Part shown: one piece after another, positions 26,192 through 35,335 of the stretch
How positions within the stretch are numbered: position 1 is the first letter of the stretch
How the letters are laid out: each line of letters begins with the position of its first letter
From: Macrostomum lignano
Taxonomy: Eukaryota
Direction: 5' to 3'
NCBI GenBank assembly: GCA_002269645.1
Contig: NIVC01002890.1
Location: 67,604 to 131,603, forward strand
DNA length: 64,000 nucleotides
Position numbers and translations under genes: made by a program
Notes under the pieces: generated by a model
Databases searched by the model: none
Told to the model about the DNA's origin: nothing
The model's input: only the letters and a program-made list of their open reading frames with translations

Positions 26192-29100
26192 TGTAGTCTG
26201 GCTTGTTGGTGCGCGTGCACTTAGATGTGCACGTCTGGTTTTGGGGGTTGGGGTTTAGCGCTGCAGCGTGTGCGTGCTTAGGGTGGTTACACCCACCCCA
26301 ACTTTGGCATTAAATATATTGGCGTGAGCCAGAGAAGTCTCCTCACGTTTTGTTCGTCACTGCAATTCAACCCACGGTCTTACACTGGTGGCAGCGGTCT
26401 CAATATGGCCAAATCAGAGCAAGCCAGTTTATTGCCTCCAAAGTTCAGCGGCGACTCCAATGTAAGAATGTGGCTAAGCACGTTTGAAGACTTCGCCGAC
26501 GACTGTGAATGGGACGACAAGAAGAAGGCAAAGAAGCTGAGACTGCTGGTGACAGGAGAAGCGCAAATCTTCGTTTGGGAGCAGCCGGCAGACGTGTCAG
26601 CCAGCTATGAAAGGCTGAAGGAGAAGCTGATCGAGTGCTTCGGCAACAGTCTGAGCTGCTACAGAGCAATGGAGGATTTTGTAGAGCGAAAGCGACAGCC
26701 CAACGAGTCGCTGAGGGAGCTCGCCTACAGCCTGAAGCTTCTCCACCTTCGGGCCCGCCTGGACGACTCCGTGGCGGCTCGGGAAAAGGACGTGAAGTTT
26801 CGCCTGATGCGCCTCCTGCCATCTGCCGTGAGAGATGCACTGTTGAAGGACCAGGACGCGGACTCGTGTTCGCTGACCGCTATCGTCGACAGAGCTGCGC
26901 AGCTTGAGCTGGTGAGCCACGCAACTACAGCCTCATCAGCCGCGGTGTCGGTAGAAGACAGACGGCTGAGCCAGCTGGAGCAGCAGATGCAGCAGCTGAC
27001 AGCCAGCGTGCGAACGGGACCACTCGGAAGAGACAGGCGTCAGAAGGGACCATTAAGTGCTTCAGCTGCGGCGAGCCGGGTCACATTGCTAGGCGGTGCC
27101 CAAAGGCGATCGGCAGCCGCTGCAGCCGGTGCTCAGGCAAGGGTCACTCCGCCGCGGTGTGCCCGACACCAACTGGTCAGCCGCAGGGAAACTTCTGAGG
27201 GTCGGCAGCCTGGGCCAGCACCGACCCGCTCAAAAGGGGCCCTCAGATCAGCGCCTTCAGTCTTCGTGAAGGTGCACTTTGGCAGCGTGTCAGCGCCTGC
27301 TCTGCTCGACACCGGCGCGCAAGTTTCGTTGATGGACAAGTCGCTGTTCGACAGACTGCAGTGCAAGATCGACTCCACCGACATCGGTGCGCTGCCGACG
27401 GCCGTCGACGGATCCCGGCTGCGCTGCCTTGGCCTGTCAGCAGCGGATGTTTCGATCGGCCAGACCATCCGCGTGCGCCATCGCTTCACAGTCGTGGACG
27501 GCATCCAGCCCAACCTGATCATCGGCATGGACTTCATCGGCGAGGTGTCGCAGGCGATGACCATTGACATTAAAGAAGGCGTCGTCAGGTTCGACAGCAC
27601 AGCCGTGCCTTTCAGCAGCGAGCCGGCTCGAGCAGACTGTCGCCTGGTGCCGAGTGTCCTGGTGGCGCGTGTGGCGGCAACTACGGAGTTGCCCGCCCGC
27701 AGCGAGAAGCTGGTGTGGCTCAAGGTGGATTCCAGCGGCGAGCAGGGAGTCTTTGAGCCGTCTGAGGACTTCGTGAAGTCCACTGCCGTCCTGCCGGCCC
27801 GCGTGCTGGCGGTCTCGGACGACTGCCGCATCCCGGTGAAAATGTGCAACCTGGAAGAGGAGCCCGTGCTGCTGTACGCCAACAAGGCGGTCGGCACGTT
27901 CGAAGGCGCGATGACAGACGGGGACGGTCGCCAGGAGGCGGCCCAGGAGAACCCCATCGGTTGGAACATGAACGCGGAGCTGCCCGAACCGGATGCTGCG
28001 AGGCTGCGACAGCTGCTGGAGAGCAACGAGGACCTGTTCGCCAGGCACGAGTACGACCTGGGCACGACGGCGTTGCTGCAGCACCAGATCGAGCTGGAGC
28101 CGGGAGCGCGGCCACACCGGCAGGTCCAGCGCCGGCTGCCGCTGTCTGTGCGAGACCAGGTGGACAAGAAGATCGGCCAGATGCTGGAAAGCGGCATCAT
28201 CGAGCCGTCGACATCGCCATGGGCCAGCAACCTGCTGGTGGTCCGCAAGAAGAACGGCGACATCAGACTGTGCACGGACTGGCGGCAGCTCAACGCCTGC
28301 ACGGTCAAGGATGCGTACCCGCTGCCGCACCTGCAGCAGGCCATGGATGCGCTTGTCGGATGCTCCTGGTTCTCCACCATCGACTGCCGGCAGGGCTACC
28401 ACCAGGTGGAGGTGGCGGAGGAGGACCGGTACAAGACGGCTTTCTATTCGACGCGCGGCCTGATGCAGTTCTGCAAGATGGGCTTCGGGATGTGCAATGC
28501 CCCGGCGACGTTCCAGCGGCTCATGGAACTGGTGATGTCCGGCCTGTCCTGGGAGTCCGTGCTGACTTATATCGACGACATCATTGTCTTCAGCAGGACG
28601 TTCGACGAGCACTTAGAGAGGCTGGCGGAAGTTTTTAAGCGGTTGCGAGACGCGGGACTCAAGCTGCATAAGGCCAAGAGCGCGTTCGGCCATCGCCGGG
28701 TGCTGTACCTGGGACACCTGATCAGCGAGCAGGGCATCGCACCGGATCCCGGCAAGGTCGAGGCCATTCGCAGCATGCCCAGCCCAACGACGACCGAGGA
28801 GGTGAAGCGGTTTCTTGGAATGCTGGGGTTCTACCGTCGGTTCATCCCAGGCTTCAGCCAGACGGCGAGGGTCCTGCACGACGTCAGCGTGAAATCGAGG
28901 GACTTCGCGTGGAGCAGCGACTGCGAGCGAGCGTTCCACGAGTTGAAGGACCGACTGACGACGGCTCCGGTGCTGAGGCTGCCGGATTTTACCAAGCAGT
29001 TCGTGCTCAGCTGCGACAGCAGTCAGTTCGCCGTCGGCGCGGTGCTCAGCCAGCTGCACGGTGACGCCGAGCTGCCTGTGGCGTTCGCCTCTCGCACCCT

Positions 29101-31130
29101 CAACAAGGCCGAGCGCAACTACTCGGCGACCGACCGCGAGCTGCTGGCGCTGGTCTGGAGTCTGAAGCACTTCAGGACGTACCTGCTGAGTGTCCCGAGC
29201 TTCAGAGTCTACTCGGACTACCGGCCACTGCAAGGTCTGCTGACAACGAAGGACCCCGAAGGTCGGCTGGCGCGATGGCTTTCTACGCTGCAGCAGTTTT
29301 CGTTCGAGCTGCTGTACCGGCCTGGCAGGGACAACGTCGTGCCGGATGCGCTGAGCCGGGTGGCCGGCACGCGCCTGCAGCCTCGGTGGGACGACAGCCG
29401 CCTGCACGAGGAGCAACTGCAAGACCCGCTGCTGAGCAAGGTGTTCCAGGCGCTGACCGACGGGATTGACAGCCTGTCCGATTCATGGGCGGCGCAGGTT
29501 CGCGAGCTGCTGGACGAGGCCTCGGTGAGCTCGGCGGGTGTCCTGCTGGTGGGTGGCCGGCCAGTCATTCCCGGTCACCTGCGGCCGCATTTTCTGCAGC
29601 AGGCGCACTCGTGCGACCAGAGCGGACACCTCGGCGTCGACAGGACCGGAGCGAGATTGTCTGAGCGCTGCTGGTGGCCTGGTCTGCGACGGGACGTCGA
29701 GAACTGGGTGGCCAGCTGCGCGGTCTGCCTGGCCAAGAAGAGTCCAACCAAGCCGCAGAAGGCGCCGCTACAGTCGACGTGCCAGCCGACGGCTCCGTGG
29801 CAGCTGGTGCAGATTGACATCAAAGGGCCGCTTCCGCGTACGACTGATGGCAAGGCGTACATCCTGAGCATGTGCGACGCCTTTTCCAAGTGGATGGAGA
29901 CGGCAGCCCTGGCGGCGATCGACGCGGTGACGGTGGCGGAGGCGCTGCTCAAGTCGGTGGTTCTGCGTCACGGCGCTCCTCAGGTGCTGCACAGTGACCA
30001 GGGACGGCAATTCGAGAGCGAGGTGTTCGGCCGGCTCTGCGAGCAGCTGGGCGTTGAAAAGACGCGCACGTCGCCGTTTCATCCGAGCGGCAACGGAATC
30101 GTCGAGCGAGGCAACCGGACGCTCGGCGATATGCTGGCGACGACGGTGGCCGAGAACCAGCAGGATTGGGACAGCAAGCTGCCATATGTGACCTGGGCCT
30201 ACAACACCTCCGTGCACAGCACCACCGGCCTCAGTCCGTACCAGGTCCTCCACGGCTGGCCACCGAGGCTGGCTCTCGAAAGCTGGCTGATAAGCGGCGA
30301 CCGGCCGGCAGCCGACGGTGGACATCACGGCTTCCTGCGGCGGACTCAGGAGAACCTGCAGAGCGCTTTCGACACAGTGCACGGCCGACTGCGGAGCGCC
30401 CAGGTCGAGCGCAACCGGCTGGCCAACCAGGACTCTCGGTTCGTGCCGTTCGAAGAGGGCCAGCTCGTGATGCTGCGCAACTCCGTCATCAAGCGCGGCC
30501 AGACGCGGTGCCTGAGCGCCAAGTGGAAGGGGCCGTACCGAGTCCTGAGGCGCCTGGGCGAGGTCAATTACCGCATCCAGGACGAGACCGGCCGCAGGCG
30601 CCGGCTGGTGGTGCACCACGACCGCCTCAAGCGCTTCGTGCAGCGGCGGGCGTCACTGGAGCTTCCGGCCGCAGCAGACCACCAGCCGCCGGCCGCCGAC
30701 TCCGACAACGACGGCACCGTCGCTGAGCCGCCCGGGCAGGCGGCCGATCCTGACGGCGACGCGGTGACCTTCTGGCCCGAGCTGCAGGCAGACGATGCAC
30801 CCGAGGAGCAGCCGGCGGCACCGGCCGAGCCGGTCACGGTTCCCCGGCGGTCGGCGAGAGAGCGGCGGCCACCTGACTTATACATGGCGGGCTTTGCTTG
30901 ACTCTGGAACTGTCTTTTGCTTCTAGGGGGAAAGTAGTGTAGTCTGGCTTGTTGGTGCGCGTGCACTTAGATGTGCACGTCTGGTTTTGGGGGTTGGGGT
31001 TTAGCGCTGCAGCGTGTGCGTGCTTAGGGTGGTTACACCCACCCCAACTTTGGCATTAAATATATTGGCGTTAGCCAGAGAAGTCTCCTCACGTTTTGTT
31101 CGTCACTGCAATTCAACCCATGGTCTTACA
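26192..31130 (+). mobile_element. Full-length Ty3/Gypsy LTR retrotransposon (LTRs 26192-26384 and 30938-31130, 4-bp TSD ACTA)
   Basis: 193-bp LTRs differing at 2 sites; TSD ACTA at 26188-26191 and 31131-31134; PBS at 26386; PPT AGGGGGAAAGTAG at 30925-30937; domain order PR-RT-RH-IN. Confidence 0.98.
26405..30901 (+). CDS. gag-pol: Gypsy Gag-Pol polyprotein (single ORF in this assembly; zinc knuckles read out of frame)
   Basis: DTG protease, YIDD RT, RNase H (CDSSQFAVGAVL, ELLAL), integrase HHCC, IDIKGP / SDQGRQFES / GIVER and KWKGPY. Confidence 0.95.
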   Translation: MAKSEQASLLPPKFSGDSNVRMWLSTFEDFADDCEWDDKKKAKKLRLLVTGEAQIFVWEQPADVSASYERLKEKLIECFGNSLSCYRAMEDFVERKRQPNESLRELAYSLKLLHLRARLDDSVAAREKDVKFRLMRLLPSAVRDALLKDQDADSCSLTAIVDRAAQLELVSHATTASSAAVSVEDRRLSQLEQQMQQLTASVRTGPLGRDRRQKGPLSASAAASRVTLLGGAQRRSAAAAAGAQARVTPPRCARHQLVSRRETSEGRQPGPAPTRSKGALRSAPSVFVKVHFGSVSAPALLDTGAQVSLMDKSLFDRLQCKIDSTDIGALPTAVDGSRLRCLGLSAADVSIGQTIRVRHRFTVVDGIQPNLIIGMDFIGEVSQAMTIDIKEGVVRFDSTAVPFSSEPARADCRLVPSVLVARVAATTELPARSEKLVWLKVDSSGEQGVFEPSEDFVKSTAVLPARVLAVSDDCRIPVKMCNLEEEPVLLYANKAVGTFEGAMTDGDGRQEAAQENPIGWNMNAELPEPDAARLRQLLESNEDLFARHEYDLGTTALLQHQIELEPGARPHRQVQRRLPLSVRDQVDKKIGQMLESGIIEPSTSPWASNLLVVRKKNGDIRLCTDWRQLNACTVKDAYPLPHLQQAMDALVGCSWFSTIDCRQGYHQVEVAEEDRYKTAFYSTRGLMQFCKMGFGMCNAPATFQRLMELVMSGLSWESVLTYIDDIIVFSRTFDEHLERLAEVFKRLRDAGLKLHKAKSAFGHRRVLYLGHLISEQGIAPDPGKVEAIRSMPSPTTTEEVKRFLGMLGFYRRFIPGFSQTARVLHDVSVKSRDFAWSSDCERAFHELKDRLTTAPVLRLPDFTKQFVLSCDSSQFAVGAVLSQLHGDAELPVAFASRTLNKAERNYSATDRELLALVWSLKHFRTYLLSVPSFRVYSDYRPLQGLLTTKDPEGRLARWLSTLQQFSFELLYRPGRDNVVPDALSRVAGTRLQPRWDDSRLHEEQLQDPLLSKVFQALTDGIDSLSDSWAAQVRELLDEASVSSAGVLLVGGRPVIPGHLRPHFLQQAHSCDQSGHLGVDRTGARLSERCWWPGLRRDVENWVASCAVCLAKKSPTKPQKAPLQSTCQPTAPWQLVQIDIKGPLPRTTDGKAYILSMCDAFSKWMETAALAAIDAVTVAEALLKSVVLRHGAPQVLHSDQGRQFESEVFGRLCEQLGVEKTRTSPFHPSGNGIVERGNRTLGDMLATTVAENQQDWDSKLPYVTWAYNTSVHSTTGLSPYQVLHGWPPRLALESWLISGDRPAADGGHHGFLRRTQENLQSAFDTVHGRLRSAQVERNRLANQDSRFVPFEEGQLVMLRNSVIKRGQTRCLSAKWKGPYRVLRRLGEVNYRIQDETGRRRRLVVHHDRLKRFVQRRASLELPAAADHQPPAADSDNDGTVAEPPGQAADPDGDAVTFWPELQADDAPEEQPAAPAEPVTVPRRSARERRPPDLYMAGFA

Positions 31131-31650
31131 ACTAAATAAGCTAGAATTGTAGTAAATTTTCTTCTAGAATAAGAAATCTTACCAGTTTTATTAGCTATTT
31201 TGATTATAATAGTTCAAATTATTATTTTATTATCTTTAAACAAACCTAAAAATAACCTTAAAAAAATTTCTACTTTCTAGCACAATTAAACTAGGTTTTT
31301 TTAATATTTTGGCCCTAAAATAATGTTTCTCAATCTTAAAGATATGTCAAATATAATTTCAAATTTTGTCAGTTACATTGATATCAGTATTTAATAGTAG
31401 AGATTTTTTGATAGATTTAATTATTTTGGCATTCCTTCGTTTTACAATCATTGAAATTAGTGACGATCCCCATTGGAGAGATAGGGAAGATACAAAATTG
31501 TTGTCTATTTCATCAAAATGCAAAAAAATCAGTAGACAAGCACTCCAATCCTTTTTATTTATCCATCATAACACTAGCTGCATGTTCAAATGAAAAAAGA
31601 AGGTAAAGGGGTTATAGTGATCCATTTCACAGTTCCAAGAATTCAAAGAT

Positions 31651-32204
31651 GATCCTATATATCCACTTTGGTTTGCGATCATTTAAATGGAAGAGATACA
31701 TGTAAATGATTGTGAACCGAAGCTAGCGTATGTGTGTAAAGGGGTTTTAGTGTTTTACAAGCTCTATCTGAAATCGATCACTATCTCAATACATGGCTAG
31801 CTTCAGTTCACGATCATTTACATGTATTGCTTACATCTAAATGATCATAAACCAAAGCTGAGGGGGGGTGGCAGTGTGCAGAGAATAATAAAGCATCAAG
31901 TTACTTGGGAGCGCACGTTAACTCAAGATAACATTTCAATCGCCAACAAGCCAACAAATAAATATATGACTACATATGTCTTCGACACCCCCCTCAGCTT
32001 CAGTTCACAATCATTTAAATTGAAGAAATACATGTAAATGATCGTGAACCAAAGCTAGCCATGTATTGAGATAGTGATTGATTTTAGATAGAGCTTGTAA
32101 AACACCAAAACCCCCTTACACACATACGCTAGCTTCGGTTCACGATCATTTACATGTATTGCTTCCATTTAAATGATCGTAAACCAAAGTGGATATATAG
32201 GATC
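31651..32204. mobile_element. Foldback/MITE with ~220-bp inverted arms built from palindromic modules
   Basis: Left arm 31651-31870 is the near reverse complement of 31986-32204 (GATCCTATATATCCACTTTGGTTT ... AAACCAAAGTGGATATATAGGATC). Confidence 0.85.
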
Positions 32205-33187
32205 CTCGTCATTGCAATGCCATTAAAGAAACCATTTGTCGGCTATTCCGTTCAGTTTTTTCTAATGTAACGAATAAGCTCAGTTTAACAATTTTTGTTT
32301 ATTTCAAGCAAGCTATGATCATTTATATGAAAAATTACATGGGGATCGTGAACTGAAATGTGGGTGGAAAAATGATCGTAAACCAAAGGAATGCCATTAT
32401 TTTTAATACATTAAGTAAAAGCATAGTGAAAGTATAATAATTAATATAATGTAAGTCAAGATTAAATATATTGTATTTAAACAAATTTACTTTAAAATTA
32501 GTTAATTAAGGGATCTTAAAACTAGCAGTCAATTTTTCTTAGTTAATACAATTTGTTGCAAAGCTGTAGCTTGGGCTTAGCTTTGTGAGGGCTAGTAAGC
32601 AAAGAGTAAAAGTTATGACGAGTTGGATCAAAGCTGTTATTTATTAGCCACTGGTTTTGGGATAGAAAATTAATGTTCATAAATTTATAATTACAGATAC
32701 TTAAATAATAATAAAATAAATTTAAAAATGCTATTGCAAATTTGTAAATGCTATTAGAAGTTTTTTTTGTAATTATAACTATAAATGTTAAAAAATAAGC
32801 CTTATATAGGCCTAGGCTTACTAAAAACTAGCAACTTATTATTTGTTTAATAGTAATAATTAGATAGAATTTTAGGAAAACATTTTAAAAACAGCTAAGA
32901 ACTATCTCATCACTTGTTCTAGGCCTTTGGGTTAAGCCACTCTACTAGATACTATTGGGTCTATGAAAATTAATCTGGCAATCAATTATCGATTTATCAT
33001 TATGCTTTTAACTCTATTGCCTGAATCATCATGTACTGGCTGTACTTATTGAAAATGGCACTAAAAGTCTTCAGTTCAAAGGTTCAGTTCAGTTGAATAG
33101 CTACATGACTCTGCATTCTCCCTCGCTATTGCCAGCCAGAGGCCACTCCTTGCCCAGACATCAGACGCAGTCCTGTCGCACTACAAT

Positions 33188-34934
33188 ATGGGCAGTAGTG
33201 GCAGTCCGGCCTCCCCAGCCTCTGGCTTGGATACCACCGCCAGTGCCGCATCAGTCAGCCAGCTCCGGCGCCAATTAGCCGACACTCGCGCCGCCCTGGC
33301 CAGAGCTAGCGGTGAACTATTCGATCAGCGTCAGCGGGCTGGCGAGATGGAACGCGAACTGAGCCGCGTTACAGCCGTACTGGCGCGCAGCCAACGGGCC
33401 GGCCAGCTGGACAGCCTGCTAGCTGACAATGAACGCCTGCGCTGTCGAGCCGTCAATGCTGAGGATGATTTTCGCGATCAATACGACGCTTTAATGACGG
33501 AATTTGATGCTCTGCTGACTGAGAACGAGAGACTGCAAGCTCAGCTTGAGGCCTACAGATCTGGCGGTACCCAGGCTGGCGAAGATTCCGAGAGGGAGTT
33601 CTGGCAGCAGCGGGCCGAGTCGCTACAGGTGGGCAGATCGGTGGTGTGTATTGAGCAGTCCCGAATAGTGTGCATTGAGCAGTCCCGAATAGTGTGCATT
33701 GAGTAGTCCAGAATGACGTGCATTGATTGAGCAGTCCAGAAGGGTGTGTATTGAGCAGTCCCGAATAGTGTGCATTGAGCAGTCCCGAATAGTGTGCATT
33801 GAGCAGTCCTGAATAGTGTGCATTGAGTGAGTCCCGAATAGTGTGCATTGAGCAGTCCAGAATAGTGTGCATTGAGCAGTCCAGAATAGTGTGCATTGAG
33901 CAGTCCTGAATAGTGTGCATTGAGCAGTCCAGAATAGTGTGCATTGAGCAGTCCAGAATGTGTGCATTGAACAATGAACAGTCCTGAATAGTGTGCATTG
34001 AGCAGTCCAGAATAGTGTGCATTGAGCAGTCCAGAATGGTGTGCATTGAACAGTCCTGAATAGTGTGCATTGAGCAGTCCAGAATAGTGTGCATTGAACA
34101 GTCCTGAATAGTGTGCATTGAGCAGTCCTGAATAGTGTGCATTGAGCAGTCCTGAATAGTGTGCATTGAGCAGTCCTGAATAGTGTGCATTGAGCAGTCC
34201 AGAATAGTGTGCATTGAGCAGTCCAGAATGGTGTGCTTTTACCAGAAAAGAGCAAAAGTGCTCGCTATGATCATCGCCAAAGGGGGAAATCTCTGTTTTT
34301 TAGAATAGGTCGCCAATTTATTGGGCTAGCGCATTGCCGTCAGTGGCGCTGCAAGTTAAGCAGAGTCAATTGCGGTTAAATAGCACCTGTAGCGCGACCA
34401 AATAGCAAATTAAGCTGCATTAGAAATACAGGTTCTGGGGTTTGCATTGCGACTCCCGCACTGTGTACACAGCCCTCAAAGACTGGCTAACTGTTGTTAC
34501 CAGCAAGTTATGAGTTCTAGTGCTAATAAAATGTCTGAGCTCACTAACTTAACCGCCTTCCTATCTGCATTTCAATTTCCGAACTCAAGTCGGAGCTAAA
34601 CGAGCTGAAATCCGAGCGGCAGCAGCTTCGACAGGCGGCCTCGGAGCAGCAGCGGCTGACCGAAGCCAACGCCAACCTCAGAGAGCGGGTGCAGCTGCTT
34701 GAGGCGGCCAATTCGGCCATGTCAGACGAGCTGGCGCAGAAATCGGTGCTGGTTGACCGATGCTTACCAGCAACAGGCGGCGCCAATCGAAATCTTCGCG
34801 ATGTGACCGAAGAGATGGCGCTAAAAAATGTCCATCTGGAGGCGGCGGTGGAGCGCCTAGCGCTTGAGCTGCAGTCGCTGCAGGCGTCTGGACAGTCGGC
34901 CGAATCGAGTCAAGCGACCGGCGAATCGAGTTGA
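33188..34934 (+). CDS. GRIPAP1: Compact GRIPAP1/GRASP-1-like coiled-coil protein, ~261 aa; exons 33188-33628, 34590-34934 (upstream exons possible)
   Basis: Phase-0 GT-AG join ESLQ|SELNEL. ERELSRVTAVLARSQRAGQLDSLLADNERL...AEDDFRDQYDALMTEF resembles the recalled GRIPAP1 N-terminus ([30 protein letters not shown]...EEDFRLQNSTLMAEF). EEMALKNVHL resembles its C-terminal EEQLTKNMHL. Confidence 0.7.
33645..34236. repeat. 24-bp minisatellite, ~24 copies, in the GRIPAP1-like intron
   Basis: Unit AATAGTGTGCATTGAGCAGTCCWG, starting ~15 nt after the GT donor. Confidence 0.95.
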
Positions 34935-35065
34935 AATATTAGTCAGGATAAAAATACTTTAAAATTGCCAGCTTCGCATCCTATTTACTATTCAGTAGCA
35001 AGTAAAGAATATATATAAGTAGAATAAAGTGGGTAAGATTTTATTATTTTTATTCGAGGCTGGTG

Positions 35066-35335
35066 GCTGTGTGCACCCTGGCGCACTTTAAGCGACATTG
35101 TCCCCCACCCATTCCACCGACTCCCCTGAGCAGGCACACAAGCGCGCGGATACGTACGCAGTCATACGCACAGGCACACACTCACACAGGAGTGTGCAGC
35201 GGCCCTAACTTTTTTTACTGTGCCCTGCGGTTGGCCCTCGAGGGCAATGATTGCAAATTAATGTGACTGTATTTGGAATCGAGCCTGGGCCGCTGGCACA
35301 TCAGAGCGTCGCGCTAGATCATAGGCTACGTCCCC
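35066..35335 (-). mobile_element. tRNA-derived SINE (family A), second copy
   Basis: Shares CTGTGTGCACCCTGGCGCACTTTAAGCGACATTGTC ... TTGGAATCGAGCCTGGGCCGCTG with 1797-2140. Confidence 0.8.

Larger units (their letters stand above)
8426..28688. other. Direct tandem segmental duplication, unit ~10.13 kb (8426-18557 and 18562-28688) with a 4-nt insert AACA at the junction
   Basis: Sequence matches at offset 10136 drifting to 10131; only about 2 substitutions and about 7 single-base indels seen. Junction GCGTTCG|AACA|GCAAACAGCTG. Confidence 0.95.

Noticed and set aside
16312-30966. Numerous overlapping and antisense ORFs across the Gypsy copies (also over WDR62 exons)
   Set aside because: Shadow ORFs of GC-rich coding sequence; no recognisable motifs.
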